Below are positions 9,722-19,515 of a stretch of 64,000 nt of DNA, one piece after another. Below the pieces are notes generated by a model. The model had not been told where the DNA came from. It did no database searches and worked only from the letters and a program-made list of their open reading frames with translations. A program made the position numbers and the translations under genes. Position 1 is the stretch's first letter. Every line of letters starts with the position of its first letter. The stretch is from the NCBI GenBank assembly GCA_964642545.1, contig CAZXQU010000005.1, positions 1,669-65,668 on the forward strand, read 5' to 3'. The stretch is from an uncultured Prolixibacteraceae bacterium (GTDB lineage: Bacteria > Bacteroidota > Bacteroidia > Bacteroidales > FEN-979).

Positions 9722-10818
9722 GAGTTCTACTGCTGTCGGATGTAAATTCAATTCATACCCGTAGGTGGGCTGCATCACTGAAGGAAGCCGGTGTTGATCC
9801 TGGAATATTTAGCCTGGCAGAGCCAAAGGAGACCTGGTGTGAAGATTATGGGATTCCACTTTTTTTATCCAGATGGCAACCAAAGAGAAGTTTCTTTAGT
9901 AAGGCTTTTTCTAAAATTTTTTACCCCCTTCAGATCTGTTCTCTCAAAAAGGCCATCCAAACCTATCATCCCGATATAATTCATGCACACTATGCATCCA
10001 GCTATGGACTTCTCGGGGCCCTCTCAGGATTTCATCCATTCATTTTGTCTGTATGGGGATCTGATATCTTTGAATTCCCGAAAATCTCTTTTTTCCATAG
10101 GATGGTTCTTCGATACAACCTTGCCAATGCGGATAAAATTCTTTCCACCAGTCAGGCAATGGCCAGAGAAACAAACAAATATATAAACAAGAATATTGAG
10201 ATAACCCCTTTTGGAGTAGATCTAACCCATTTTATACCCCAAAAAGTCGATTCGTTATTTAATGAAAAGGATATCGTTATCGGGACGGTAAAAGCACTGG
10301 AGCCAATCTATGGAATACGTTGTCTGATGAAAGCTTTTCAGATCGTCAAAGGAAACAATCGTGAATTACCTCTCAAACTCTTAATCGTTGGCAGTGGATC
10401 AGAGGAGATGGATCTCAAAAAGTTGGCGAAGGATCTGGCAATTCAGAACGATGTTGTTTTTACTGGCAGGGTCGGGTTTTCAGATGTGCCCCGATACCAT
10501 AATATGATATCCATTTATGTTGCGTTATCAACATTTGAAAGTTTTGGTGTGTCGATTGTTGAGGCTCAGGCAACGGAGACACCGGTTGTGGTTTCCAATG
10601 TGGGCGGATTGCCGGAAGTAGTCGAGGACGGTGTGACAGGTTTTGTTATTGAGCCCAAAAACCCTGTTGCTGCAGCAAAAGCGATCGAATCCCTTGTACA
10701 CGACAAAGCGTTGCGTGAAAGAATGGGAAAAAACGGGAGACAACGGGTTATTGCGAACTATAACTGGAATGATAGTCTTGCACAGATGATCGCCATATAT
10801 CGGGAGGTGATGAGATGA
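9718..10818 (+). CDS. Glycosyltransferase family 4 (GT-B, group 1)
   Basis: MRVLLLSDVNSIHTRRW... and C-terminal SxFESFGVSIVEAQATETPVV..GGLPEVV (EX7E region). ATGA overlap with the upstream stop. Confidence 0.85.
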   Translation: MRVLLLSDVNSIHTRRWAASLKEAGVDPGIFSLAEPKETWCEDYGIPLFLSRWQPKRSFFSKAFSKIFYPLQICSLKKAIQTYHPDIIHAHYASSYGLLGALSGFHPFILSVWGSDIFEFPKISFFHRMVLRYNLANADKILSTSQAMARETNKYINKNIEITPFGVDLTHFIPQKVDSLFNEKDIVIGTVKALEPIYGIRCLMKAFQIVKGNNRELPLKLLIVGSGSEEMDLKKLAKDLAIQNDVVFTGRVGFSDVPRYHNMISIYVALSTFESFGVSIVEAQATETPVVVSNVGGLPEVVEDGVTGFVIEPKNPVAAAKAIESLVHDKALRERMGKNGRQRVIANYNWNDSLAQMIAIYREVMR

Positions 10819-12050
10819 GAATCCTCTTTTTAACACAATATTATCCCCCTGAAGTGGGTGCTCCGCAGAATCGCCTTTCAGAGCTCGCCATCCGGTTCCG
10901 CATGGAAGGAAACCATGTTGAGGTTTTAACTGCAATGCCCAATTATCCTTTCATGAAGGTGCTTGATGACTATAAAGGCAAATGGTATGTAAGGGAGGAG
11001 ATGGATGGGGTCATAATCAACAGAGCCTGGATCTTTGTCAGTCAGAGCCAGGCTATACCGGTTCGGTTAATGGTCTATTTTTCTTTTGTATTTTCCTCCC
11101 TTTGGGTAGGCCTCTTCAACCTGAAACGGTTTGATCTCATCATTTGTGAGTCACCTCCATTATTTCTGGGCATTGCGGCGTGGATCCTGAAAAAGTTGAA
11201 ACGGTCCAAATTACTTTTTAATGTCTCGGATCTCTGGCCCGAAAGTGCGGAGAAATTGGGATTGGTTACAAACCGGTTTTTTCTCCGAATATCGAAATAC
11301 TTAGAAGAGTTTCTTTACAGGCACTCCGACCTGATAAGCGGGCAAACTCAGGGGATCGTCACAAACATATCGGTGAGGATGCCCCGGAAAGAGGTTTTCT
11401 GGCTGAAAAACGGAGTGGATCTCAGTTTTTACTCACCTGGGAAAGGAATTCCTGGCTGGAGGAACGAGAATGGGTTCGCTGCGGATGATTTCGTTGCTTT
11501 CTATGGAGGCATCCTTGGTCATGCTCAAGGTCTTGAAGTCATTCTTAAGGCTGCCCTGAGCCTGAAGAACATGGAGAAAATAAAGTTTGTCATTGCCGGA
11601 GAGGGCCCTTTAAAGAAGGATCTGATGGATCAGGCCGTTAGTATGGATTTGACCAATGTCACTTTTCTGCCTGCTTACCCTAAGCGCAGGATGCCTGATG
11701 TAATCTCCGGGATTGATATCTCAATCATCCCACTCCGGAAACTGGATCTTTTCCTTGGAGCAATTCCTTCGAAGATTTTTGAGAGTCTGGCGATGGGAAA
11801 ACCTATTTTGCTTGGTGTGGAGGGGGAGGCAAAAGAGCTTTTTATCAATCAGGGAAACTGTGGGTTGGATTTTAAACCAGAGGATCCGGCGTCGCTTGCC
11901 GAAGGGCTCAGAAGACTCTGTTCCGACAAAGCACTGTACGACAGGTTGTCTAAAAATGCCTATTTTTACGTGTCGGAGAATTTCGATCGTGATACAATCT
12001 TCGTTGAGTTTCAGCAATTCATTCAACTTTACCTGAATGCAGGAAAATAG
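10815..12050 (+). CDS. Glycosyltransferase family 4 (WcaI-like)
   Basis: MRILFLTQYYPPEVGAPQNRLSELA is a typical WcaI-like N-terminus. ATGA overlap with the upstream stop. Confidence 0.85.
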   Translation: MRILFLTQYYPPEVGAPQNRLSELAIRFRMEGNHVEVLTAMPNYPFMKVLDDYKGKWYVREEMDGVIINRAWIFVSQSQAIPVRLMVYFSFVFSSLWVGLFNLKRFDLIICESPPLFLGIAAWILKKLKRSKLLFNVSDLWPESAEKLGLVTNRFFLRISKYLEEFLYRHSDLISGQTQGIVTNISVRMPRKEVFWLKNGVDLSFYSPGKGIPGWRNENGFAADDFVAFYGGILGHAQGLEVILKAALSLKNMEKIKFVIAGEGPLKKDLMDQAVSMDLTNVTFLPAYPKRRMPDVISGIDISIIPLRKLDLFLGAIPSKIFESLAMGKPILLGVEGEAKELFINQGNCGLDFKPEDPASLAEGLRRLCSDKALYDRLSKNAYFYVSENFDRDTIFVEFQQFIQLYLNAGK

Positions 12051-13335
12051 AGGTAACAGATTCAGCTGGTTACAACTTTGGGATTGGATCGCCCTTTTTC
12101 ACAGGGTTGTTTATATTCTGCTCTTTCTTGCGCTAGGATTTGCAATCCCGGTCAAAAACCGCATGGCCACATGGGTGATTGGCTTCATTGTGATCAACTG
12201 GGCCGCCGAGCTGCGTTTCTGGGACAAGTTGAAAAGGGTATTACAGGATTGCCGGCGACAACGACTTCTTCTGTTTACGATTCTGTATTTTATTTACCTG
12301 ATAGGACTCTTCTATACTAAAAACATGGAGTATGCACGGTTTGACGTTACAGTGAAACTCTCCCTGCTGGTTTTTCCCCTCCTGTTTGCCACTATTGATG
12401 GTCGGGTTTTTTCATTTCTCAGGATCAACTACATCTTTCTAACCTATATTGCCGGATGCCTCGCCGCTTCTATTGCATGCCTTGTAAATGCTTATCTGGG
12501 GTATCTGAGGACAGGTGATTCCAGCTTGTTTTTCTATATGACCCTATCGTTCCTGCATCACTCCGGCTACCTGGCTATGTTTATTAATTTTGCGATTGTA
12601 CTGATTGTGTTTTTGACACTCAAAAATCTTCATATTTTCCACTGGTGGCATCTGGTTTTTATCACCCTTCTTGTGGTTTTTTTCAACCTGATGGTCGTGC
12701 TTCTCTCGTCAAAAATGGGAATTCTAAGTCTGCTTGTGATTTACCTGATGATGGCATTACTTTTCTTCTTCAAGAAGTCGACCCGCATGAAAGCCATCTT
12801 TCCGCTTGCGATGATGGCAATTCTGCTGCTTTTCTTGCTATTCCTTCCTCAAGCGATGGCACGGGTTGAAGGTGGAACAAAAGTTGTGGAGAATATGGAT
12901 TCGGTAAGAGCCGATTCGGATGAGTCGACCGGTGAACGAATCCTGGTATGGAAGTCGGCCTGGAATATCATGAAGCAGCACCCGCTTTTTGGTGTAGGAA
13001 CCGGTGATGTGAAGGATGCACTGCTTGATGAGTATTCCAAACGTGGGATCAAATATGCTTATTCCAGGAATCTGGATGCCCATTCCCAGTACCTGCAGAC
13101 CTATCTCTCTGTGGGTTTAGCCGGGTTTATTGTGCTGGTTGCTATGCTGGCATGGCCTGCTGTCCTGGCATTTTTCAGGAAAGATTACATCTACTTCTTT
13201 TTTATCCTTCTTTTCGCCATGAACATTCTAACGGAATCAATGTTCGAGAACCAGGCAGGGGTTGTCTTTTACGCATTTTTCAATGCATTACTTTTCTATT
13301 ATATGCCATCCGGCAAAAACAGAGGGCTGTCCTGA
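12037..13335 (+). CDS. O-antigen polymerase/ligase family membrane protein (Wzy_C domain)
   Basis: About 10 TM segments with a periplasmic loop ...ERILVWKSAWNIMKQHPLFGVGTGD...NLDAHSQYLQTYL. Overlaps the upstream gene by 14 nt. Confidence 0.75.
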   Translation: MQENRGNRFSWLQLWDWIALFHRVVYILLFLALGFAIPVKNRMATWVIGFIVINWAAELRFWDKLKRVLQDCRRQRLLLFTILYFIYLIGLFYTKNMEYARFDVTVKLSLLVFPLLFATIDGRVFSFLRINYIFLTYIAGCLAASIACLVNAYLGYLRTGDSSLFFYMTLSFLHHSGYLAMFINFAIVLIVFLTLKNLHIFHWWHLVFITLLVVFFNLMVVLLSSKMGILSLLVIYLMMALLFFFKKSTRMKAIFPLAMMAILLLFLLFLPQAMARVEGGTKVVENMDSVRADSDESTGERILVWKSAWNIMKQHPLFGVGTGDVKDALLDEYSKRGIKYAYSRNLDAHSQYLQTYLSVGLAGFIVLVAMLAWPAVLAFFRKDYIYFFFILLFAMNILTESMFENQAGVVFYAFFNALLFYYMPSGKNRGLS

Positions 13336-13350
13336 AATTCAGAACAGCCC
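13324..13350. terminator. Hairpin between convergent polymerase and gdhA genes (gggctgt / acagccc stem, 13-nt loop)
   Basis: A 7-bp perfect stem read directly. It overlaps the polymerase stop codon. The flanking T-run is weak. Confidence 0.3.
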
Positions 13351-13381
13351 AGCTGTCATATTTAAATGAGTATGTGAGAGT

Positions 13382-14785
<1,404 letters not shown>

Positions 14786-14966
14786 TTAAGGAAAAGATTT
14801 CATTCGGAACGAAAATTTCACCTTGTTTTTTAATATTATTTACTTATTTTCAGGAACTTACGAGATATTCGGACGTTGTTTAGGTGTTTTACTGATGCCA
14901 ACTTCGGTATAATTCGTATTGTGCTCATTGACCGTTTTTTAATTTTTTCAGTTCCGAAAGTTGTGT

Positions 14967-14974
14967 TAATTTTG
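14967..14974 (+). promoter_or_regulatory. -7 box TAatTTTG for the 1290-aa sensor/PPDK_N gene
   Basis: Exact motif 24 nt upstream of the ATG at 14998. Confidence 0.45.
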
Positions 14975-14997
14975 GCACGACCATCCCCCATTTTAGC

Positions 14998-17900
14998 ATG
15001 CCAGGTAAGGACGAAAGAAAACGTGCAGGAAGAACTCCTGTCAACTCGAACGACGTTGAGAAACTCCTGCTGGATAATCGCGAAAGGCTCAAAGAACTTA
15101 CAGCGATTAACCATACCACGGCAATACTCAAGGAAAATAAGTCGATCCCTGATACGCTAACCCGAATTTGCCAGATTCTTCCAAAAGCATGGCAGTACCC
15201 AAAATATACTGTCATTCGTATCAGGTTTGATGAGATGGAGTTTACAAACAACAACTTCCGGGAAACTGCATGGAAGCAAGAGCAGGTATTTGAGACCATC
15301 GACAACCTGGTAGGCTCTCTGGAGGTCTTCTATGTGAAGGAGTTTCCGAAAGCATATGAAGGTCCTTTTCTGAAAGAGGAGCGCAACCTGATCAATACTC
15401 TCACCAGTTTAATTGAGGGTTACCTGAACGCCATCAAGGGGAAAGAAGGGAGGTATGTGACCACCGAAAGGCTGAAAGAGTTATCGGCGATAAATCAAAC
15501 CACCAGTATTCTCAGAACAGGAGCACCGCCCGATGAAGCACTGCATCAGATCTGTATGATTATTTCCAGGGCATGGCAGTATCCCGAATTTGCGGTTTGT
15601 AAGATCAAACACGGAAATATTGAAGTCCAAAGCCCCAATTTTCGCGAGACCCAATGGAGGCAACTACAGGTTTTTGAGACGATTGACAACCAGACCGGAT
15701 CTATTGAGATCTGCTATATAAAAGCATTCCCACAAGCGTTTGAAGGCCCTTTTCTGGAAGAAGAACGCGATCTGATCATCAACCTCTCCAACCTGATTGC
15801 AGGATATCTCAACTCTATCAAGGGAAAGGCAATCCTGAAAAAGAGCACACCCCATGCCGAGGAACCGGATAACGCCGATCGGGGAGGTGTTGATGGACAT
15901 TATAGCCGGCGACTCCTGCAGTCGTTCCTCAACCGAACAAACAACAACCGGGATATCTATCACGACCTGATGCCATTCAAGGTAAGGGAGATTCTGTTGG
16001 TTGCCAATCTGTATGATGCCTATAGCATAGAAAAAGAGGGACGGTTCTCGGAACATGTGTTGGGGCAGTTTTACCAGCTAAGCCTTAGCACGATGCCTCG
16101 AATCACCGGAGTCTCCTCCATCGAGGAAGTAATGGAACAGCTTCGTTCTAAGCACTACGACCTGGTCATTATCATGATGGGAGTTGACAAGCAGTTTCCT
16201 ACCGAACTCAGCACTGCCATAAAAAATGAATTCCAATACATCCCTGTATTCATGCTGTTAAACAGCAATACCGACCTGGCTCAGCTTGAAAAGGAACCAG
16301 ATCGGCTAAACTGGATCGATCGTGTATTTGTGTGGAATGGAGATACCCGGATCTTTTTTGCTATGATCAACTACCTGGAAGACAAGATCAATGTAGAGAA
16401 TGATACAAGACTGGGTATGGTAAGGGTGATCTTGCTCGTGGAAGACTCACCACAATATTATTCGCTTTATCTCCCGATGCTCTATAACATCGTACTGGAG
16501 CAAACCAAACACATCATTGAGGATGTCACAACGGATGAGCTTTACCGAATTCTTCGCCTCAAGGCCCGCCCGAAAATCCTGCTGGCTTCTACCTACGAGG
16601 AGGCAATGTATATCTTCAATAAATACAAGGAGTTTATTCTCTGCCTCATCTCAGATGTCAAATTTAAAAAGGATGGTAAGCTCAATGAAAATGCAGGAAT
16701 CATGCTTGTCAACCAAACCCGGAAAGAGGCCCGTGAGTTGCCAATAGTACTACAGTCCTCTGATGATTCCAATGCAGCAAAAGCCTATCAATTAAAAGCT
16801 TCCTTTATCAATAAAAATTCAGAGACCCTGTTGGTTGACTTCAGGAGTTTCATTACCCACTATTTGGGGTTTGGGAACTTCATTTACCGCGATAACGAGG
16901 GAAAACAGATCGGACTGGCAAAGTCTCTCAAAGAGTTCGAAGACCGGCTGAAAACAATCCCCGAAGAGTCGCTTTTATACCATGCCCGGAAAGACCACTT
17001 CTCCCTGTGGCTGACAGCACGCGGAGAGATCCAGGCTGCTAAGATACTCAACCCGGCCAAAGTTACCGACTTCAAGGATGCTGCAAGCTTGCGTGAATAC
17101 CTCATCTCGGTCATCTCCCATTTCAGAAATGAACAGAGCCGTGGGAAGGTAATCCCGTTCGAAGAATCATCCATCACCGATGCCACCAACATTGTCAGCT
17201 TAACTGAAGGAGCTCTGGGAGGGAAAGGTCGGGGACTGGCGTTTGTCAATACTCTGATATACAACTATGACTTCTCCCGACATGTCCCGAACATCAATAT
17301 ACTGACTCCAACTACCTCCATCATTGGAACGGATGAGTTTGAGTACTTCCTTGACAGGAACCATCTCAGGGAGAGAGCTGTTCAGGAGAGTGACTACCAA
17401 ATTATCCGTAGTTGGTTTGTGGAGGGGAAACTCTCGGAAACTCTGATCCGTAAACTGAGATTGCTGATCAGGCATCTGAACAAGCCGCTTGCCATCCGCT
17501 CCTCCGGACTATTTGAAGACTCCCTGAACCAACCTTTTGCAGGCATTTTTGAAACGTACCTGATCCCCAATGATCATCCAGATTCCAAAGTTAGGCTGGA
17601 ACAACTGAAGGATGCCATCAAACTCGTTTATGCATCTGTTTACTCTCCCACAGCCAAAGGGTATATTGAGGCCGTCAACTACCGTATCGAACAGGAGAAG
17701 ATGGCTATTGTGATCCAGGAGGTGGTTGGGAGCCAGCACGAGGATGTTTTCTATCCCCATATCAGCGGAGTTGCACAGTCGTATAATTATTATCCTTATG
17801 CCCACATGAAGCCTGAAGAGGGATTTGCCGTGATCGCGTTGGGCTTGGGACGTTTTGTGGTGGAAGGAGAAAAGGCGTTCAGATTTTCACCACATTATCC

Positions 17901-18870
17901 CGACCTGGAGATCAATTCGGCTGAAGATCAGCTAAAGGGGAGCCAGGTTCACTTCTACGGTGTTGACCTGGCAAAGAGCGATGTGAATCTGCTGGAAGGC
18001 GAAGATGCCGGACTCAGAAAAATGTATATCGACGATGCAGAACGACATGGAACTCTAAGACACCTCGCCTCCGTCTTCAGTCCCGAGAACAACAGAATCA
18101 TCCCGGGGTTAAGTCACTCTGGCCCAAGAGTAATTAATTTCGCTGACATTCTTAAATACAATTATATCCCCCTGGCCAAAACTATTGATGTAGTGCTTGA
18201 TGTAGTTCAGGAGGCGATGGGATCACCCGTCGAAATTGAGTTTGCCGTTGATCTGAACAAAGACAAAGAGAACAAAGCATCATTTTACCTGCTTCAGATT
18301 AAACCTCTGATTGGGAATGCAACTGATTTTGTGATTGACATGAAATCGATATCCAACGAGGAGATCCTGCTTTATTCGGAAAAAGAGATGGGGAACGGAC
18401 TTGTCAGTGATATCCATGATGTGATATTTGTGGATCCCGATACCTTTGATAAAACCAAAACCATGGAGATGGCAGATGAGATGGGAAAGATCAATTCTGA
18501 GATGTTGCAGGAGAAAAGGAAGTACATCCTGATAGGTCCGGGAAGATGGGGGACACGTGACAAATGGATTGGGATTCCAATCTCCTGGCCCCAAATATCC
18601 AATGCCAAAGTGATTGTGGAAACCAGTTTGGAAGGATTTCCCCTTGATGCCTCATCAGGTTCGCATTTCTTCCACAATGTGACTTCGATGAACGTGGGTT
18701 ATTTCTGTGTTCAGCCCGAGCTCTCAAAGAGTTTCATCAGGTATGATGTCCTGAAGAGACAATCAAAAATAGTAAAAACAGAGTTTTTCTCCATCGCCCA
18801 CTTTAAGAAACCACTGACAATTCGGATGGATGGGAAAAAGCGAATTTCCGTAATTACATTTGAACAATAA
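14998..18870 (+). CDS. Multidomain protein: 2 tandem GAF-like sensor domains + pseudo-receiver + receiver + PPDK_N-type (PEP/pyruvate-binding, ATP-grasp) domain + conserved C-terminal module. Not a canonical dikinase.
   Basis: Receiver motifs ILLVEDS...LISDVKF...PIVLQSSD...FINK. ATP-grasp region GGKGRGLAFV...AIRSSGLFEDS...FAGIFETY...MAIVIQEVV. C-terminus GPGRWGTRDKWIGIPISWPQIS...SGSHFFHN. No GGxTSHAA-type phosphohistidine motif. Confidence 0.75.
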   Translation: MPGKDERKRAGRTPVNSNDVEKLLLDNRERLKELTAINHTTAILKENKSIPDTLTRICQILPKAWQYPKYTVIRIRFDEMEFTNNNFRETAWKQEQVFETIDNLVGSLEVFYVKEFPKAYEGPFLKEERNLINTLTSLIEGYLNAIKGKEGRYVTTERLKELSAINQTTSILRTGAPPDEALHQICMIISRAWQYPEFAVCKIKHGNIEVQSPNFRETQWRQLQVFETIDNQTGSIEICYIKAFPQAFEGPFLEEERDLIINLSNLIAGYLNSIKGKAILKKSTPHAEEPDNADRGGVDGHYSRRLLQSFLNRTNNNRDIYHDLMPFKVREILLVANLYDAYSIEKEGRFSEHVLGQFYQLSLSTMPRITGVSSIEEVMEQLRSKHYDLVIIMMGVDKQFPTELSTAIKNEFQYIPVFMLLNSNTDLAQLEKEPDRLNWIDRVFVWNGDTRIFFAMINYLEDKINVENDTRLGMVRVILLVEDSPQYYSLYLPMLYNIVLEQTKHIIEDVTTDELYRILRLKARPKILLASTYEEAMYIFNKYKEFILCLISDVKFKKDGKLNENAGIMLVNQTRKEARELPIVLQSSDDSNAAKAYQLKASFINKNSETLLVDFRSFITHYLGFGNFIYRDNEGKQIGLAKSLKEFEDRLKTIPEESLLYHARKDHFSLWLTARGEIQAAKILNPAKVTDFKDAASLREYLISVISHFRNEQSRGKVIPFEESSITDATNIVSLTEGALGGKGRGLAFVNTLIYNYDFSRHVPNINILTPTTSIIGTDEFEYFLDRNHLRERAVQESDYQIIRSWFVEGKLSETLIRKLRLLIRHLNKPLAIRSSGLFEDSLNQPFAGIFETYLIPNDHPDSKVRLEQLKDAIKLVYASVYSPTAKGYIEAVNYRIEQEKMAIVIQEVVGSQHEDVFYPHISGVAQSYNYYPYAHMKPEEGFAVIALGLGRFVVEGEKAFRFSPHYPDLEINSAEDQLKGSQVHFYGVDLAKSDVNLLEGEDAGLRKMYIDDAERHGTLRHLASVFSPENNRIIPGLSHSGPRVINFADILKYNYIPLAKTIDVVLDVVQEAMGSPVEIEFAVDLNKDKENKASFYLLQIKPLIGNATDFVIDMKSISNEEILLYSEKEMGNGLVSDIHDVIFVDPDTFDKTKTMEMADEMGKINSEMLQEKRKYILIGPGRWGTRDKWIGIPISWPQISNAKVIVETSLEGFPLDASSGSHFFHNVTSMNVGYFCVQPELSKSFIRYDVLKRQSKIVKTEFFSIAHFKKPLTIRMDGKKRISVITFEQ
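15085..15468 (+). other. GAF-like sensor repeat 1 (128 codons) inside the 1290-aa protein
   Basis: RLKELTAINHTTAIL...AWQYPKYTVIRIRF...NFRETAWKQEQVFETIDN..GSLEVFYVKEFPKAYEGPFLKEERNLINTL. Confidence 0.6.
15469..15828 (+). other. GAF-like sensor repeat 2 (120 codons), a tandem duplicate of repeat 1
   Basis: RLKELSAINQTTSIL...AWQYPEFAVCKIKH...NFRETQWRQLQVFETIDN..GSIEICYIKAFPQAFEGPFLEEERDLIINL. Colinear with repeat 1; roughly half the positions are identical by eye. Confidence 0.6.
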
Positions 18871-18882
18871 AAACAGATTTTT

Positions 18883-19401
18883 ATGCGAGTTGCAAGAATT
18901 TACAGAAAAGAGGTCGTCACTGATGCGGATGAGATCGATCTCACCTTACTCGATCCTCTGATCAATAAATACAAAGGCAAAAAGGGGAATGTCATCCCCC
19001 TTCTTCAGGGAGCCCAAGAGTTATATGGATTTATCCCCCGTGCAGTGTTTGATTGGATCTCGGCAGGAACCGGGCTTCCCCTTAGCGATATGTTCGGTGT
19101 TGCGACTTTCTATGCCCAGTTTCGCCTGAAGCCGGTGGGAAAGCACATCGTGAAGGTATGCCATGGTACTGCCTGTCATGTGCAGAATGCCAAAGAAATT
19201 ACTGAAGCGATTGAGGAAGCCCTCAAGGTCAAGGATGGGGAGACCACCGAAGACCGCCTCTTCACCCTCGAATCGGTAGCCTGCCTCGGTTGTTGCTCCC
19301 TCGCCCCGGTGATGATGATCGGCGACCAGACTTATGGCAAACTGACCGGAAATGAAGCGATCAAAGTGATCAAGAACATCAGACTGGCAGAGAAAAACTA
19401 G
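18883..19401 (+). CDS. NuoE/HydC-like [2Fe-2S] thioredoxin-fold subunit
   Basis: CHGTACH...CLGCCSLAPVMMI cysteine pattern of the NuoE family. Only 12 nt downstream of the preceding gene. Confidence 0.9.
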   Translation: MRVARIYRKEVVTDADEIDLTLLDPLINKYKGKKGNVIPLLQGAQELYGFIPRAVFDWISAGTGLPLSDMFGVATFYAQFRLKPVGKHIVKVCHGTACHVQNAKEITEAIEEALKVKDGETTEDRLFTLESVACLGCCSLAPVMMIGDQTYGKLTGNEAIKVIKNIRLAEKN

Positions 19402-19412
19402 TTGCTAGTCCA

Positions 19413-19455
19413 CAGTTTGCAGTCTGCAGTTTTTGTAATTCCTGCCAACTGCCAA
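19413..19455. repeat. Two adjacent heptamer arrays (cagtttg cagtctg cagtttt ... ctgccaa ctgccaa)
   Basis: Read directly, in the nuoE-like/nuoF-like spacer. The CTGCCAA unit recurs at 60618-60652. Confidence 0.7.
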
Positions 19456-19471
19456 CGAAGGACTTGTTAAA

Positions 19472-19511
19472 TAAAGAAACCAATATTAAAGAAACCAATA
19501 TTAAAGAAACC
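19472..19511. repeat. Perfect 15-nt tandem repeat taaagaaaccaatat, 2.7 copies
   Basis: Copies at 19472-19486 and 19487-19501, plus a partial copy at 19502-19511. Ends 4 nt before the ATG at 19516. Confidence 0.9.
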
Positions 19512-19515
19512 TCGT

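Noticed and set aside
19413-19455. The two arrays (cagtttg... and ...ctgccaa) read as arms of a long terminator hairpin after the NuoE-like gene
   Set aside because: Complementarity between the arms is only partial (short ctgc/gcag matches), and no T-run follows. This is not enough to call a terminator.
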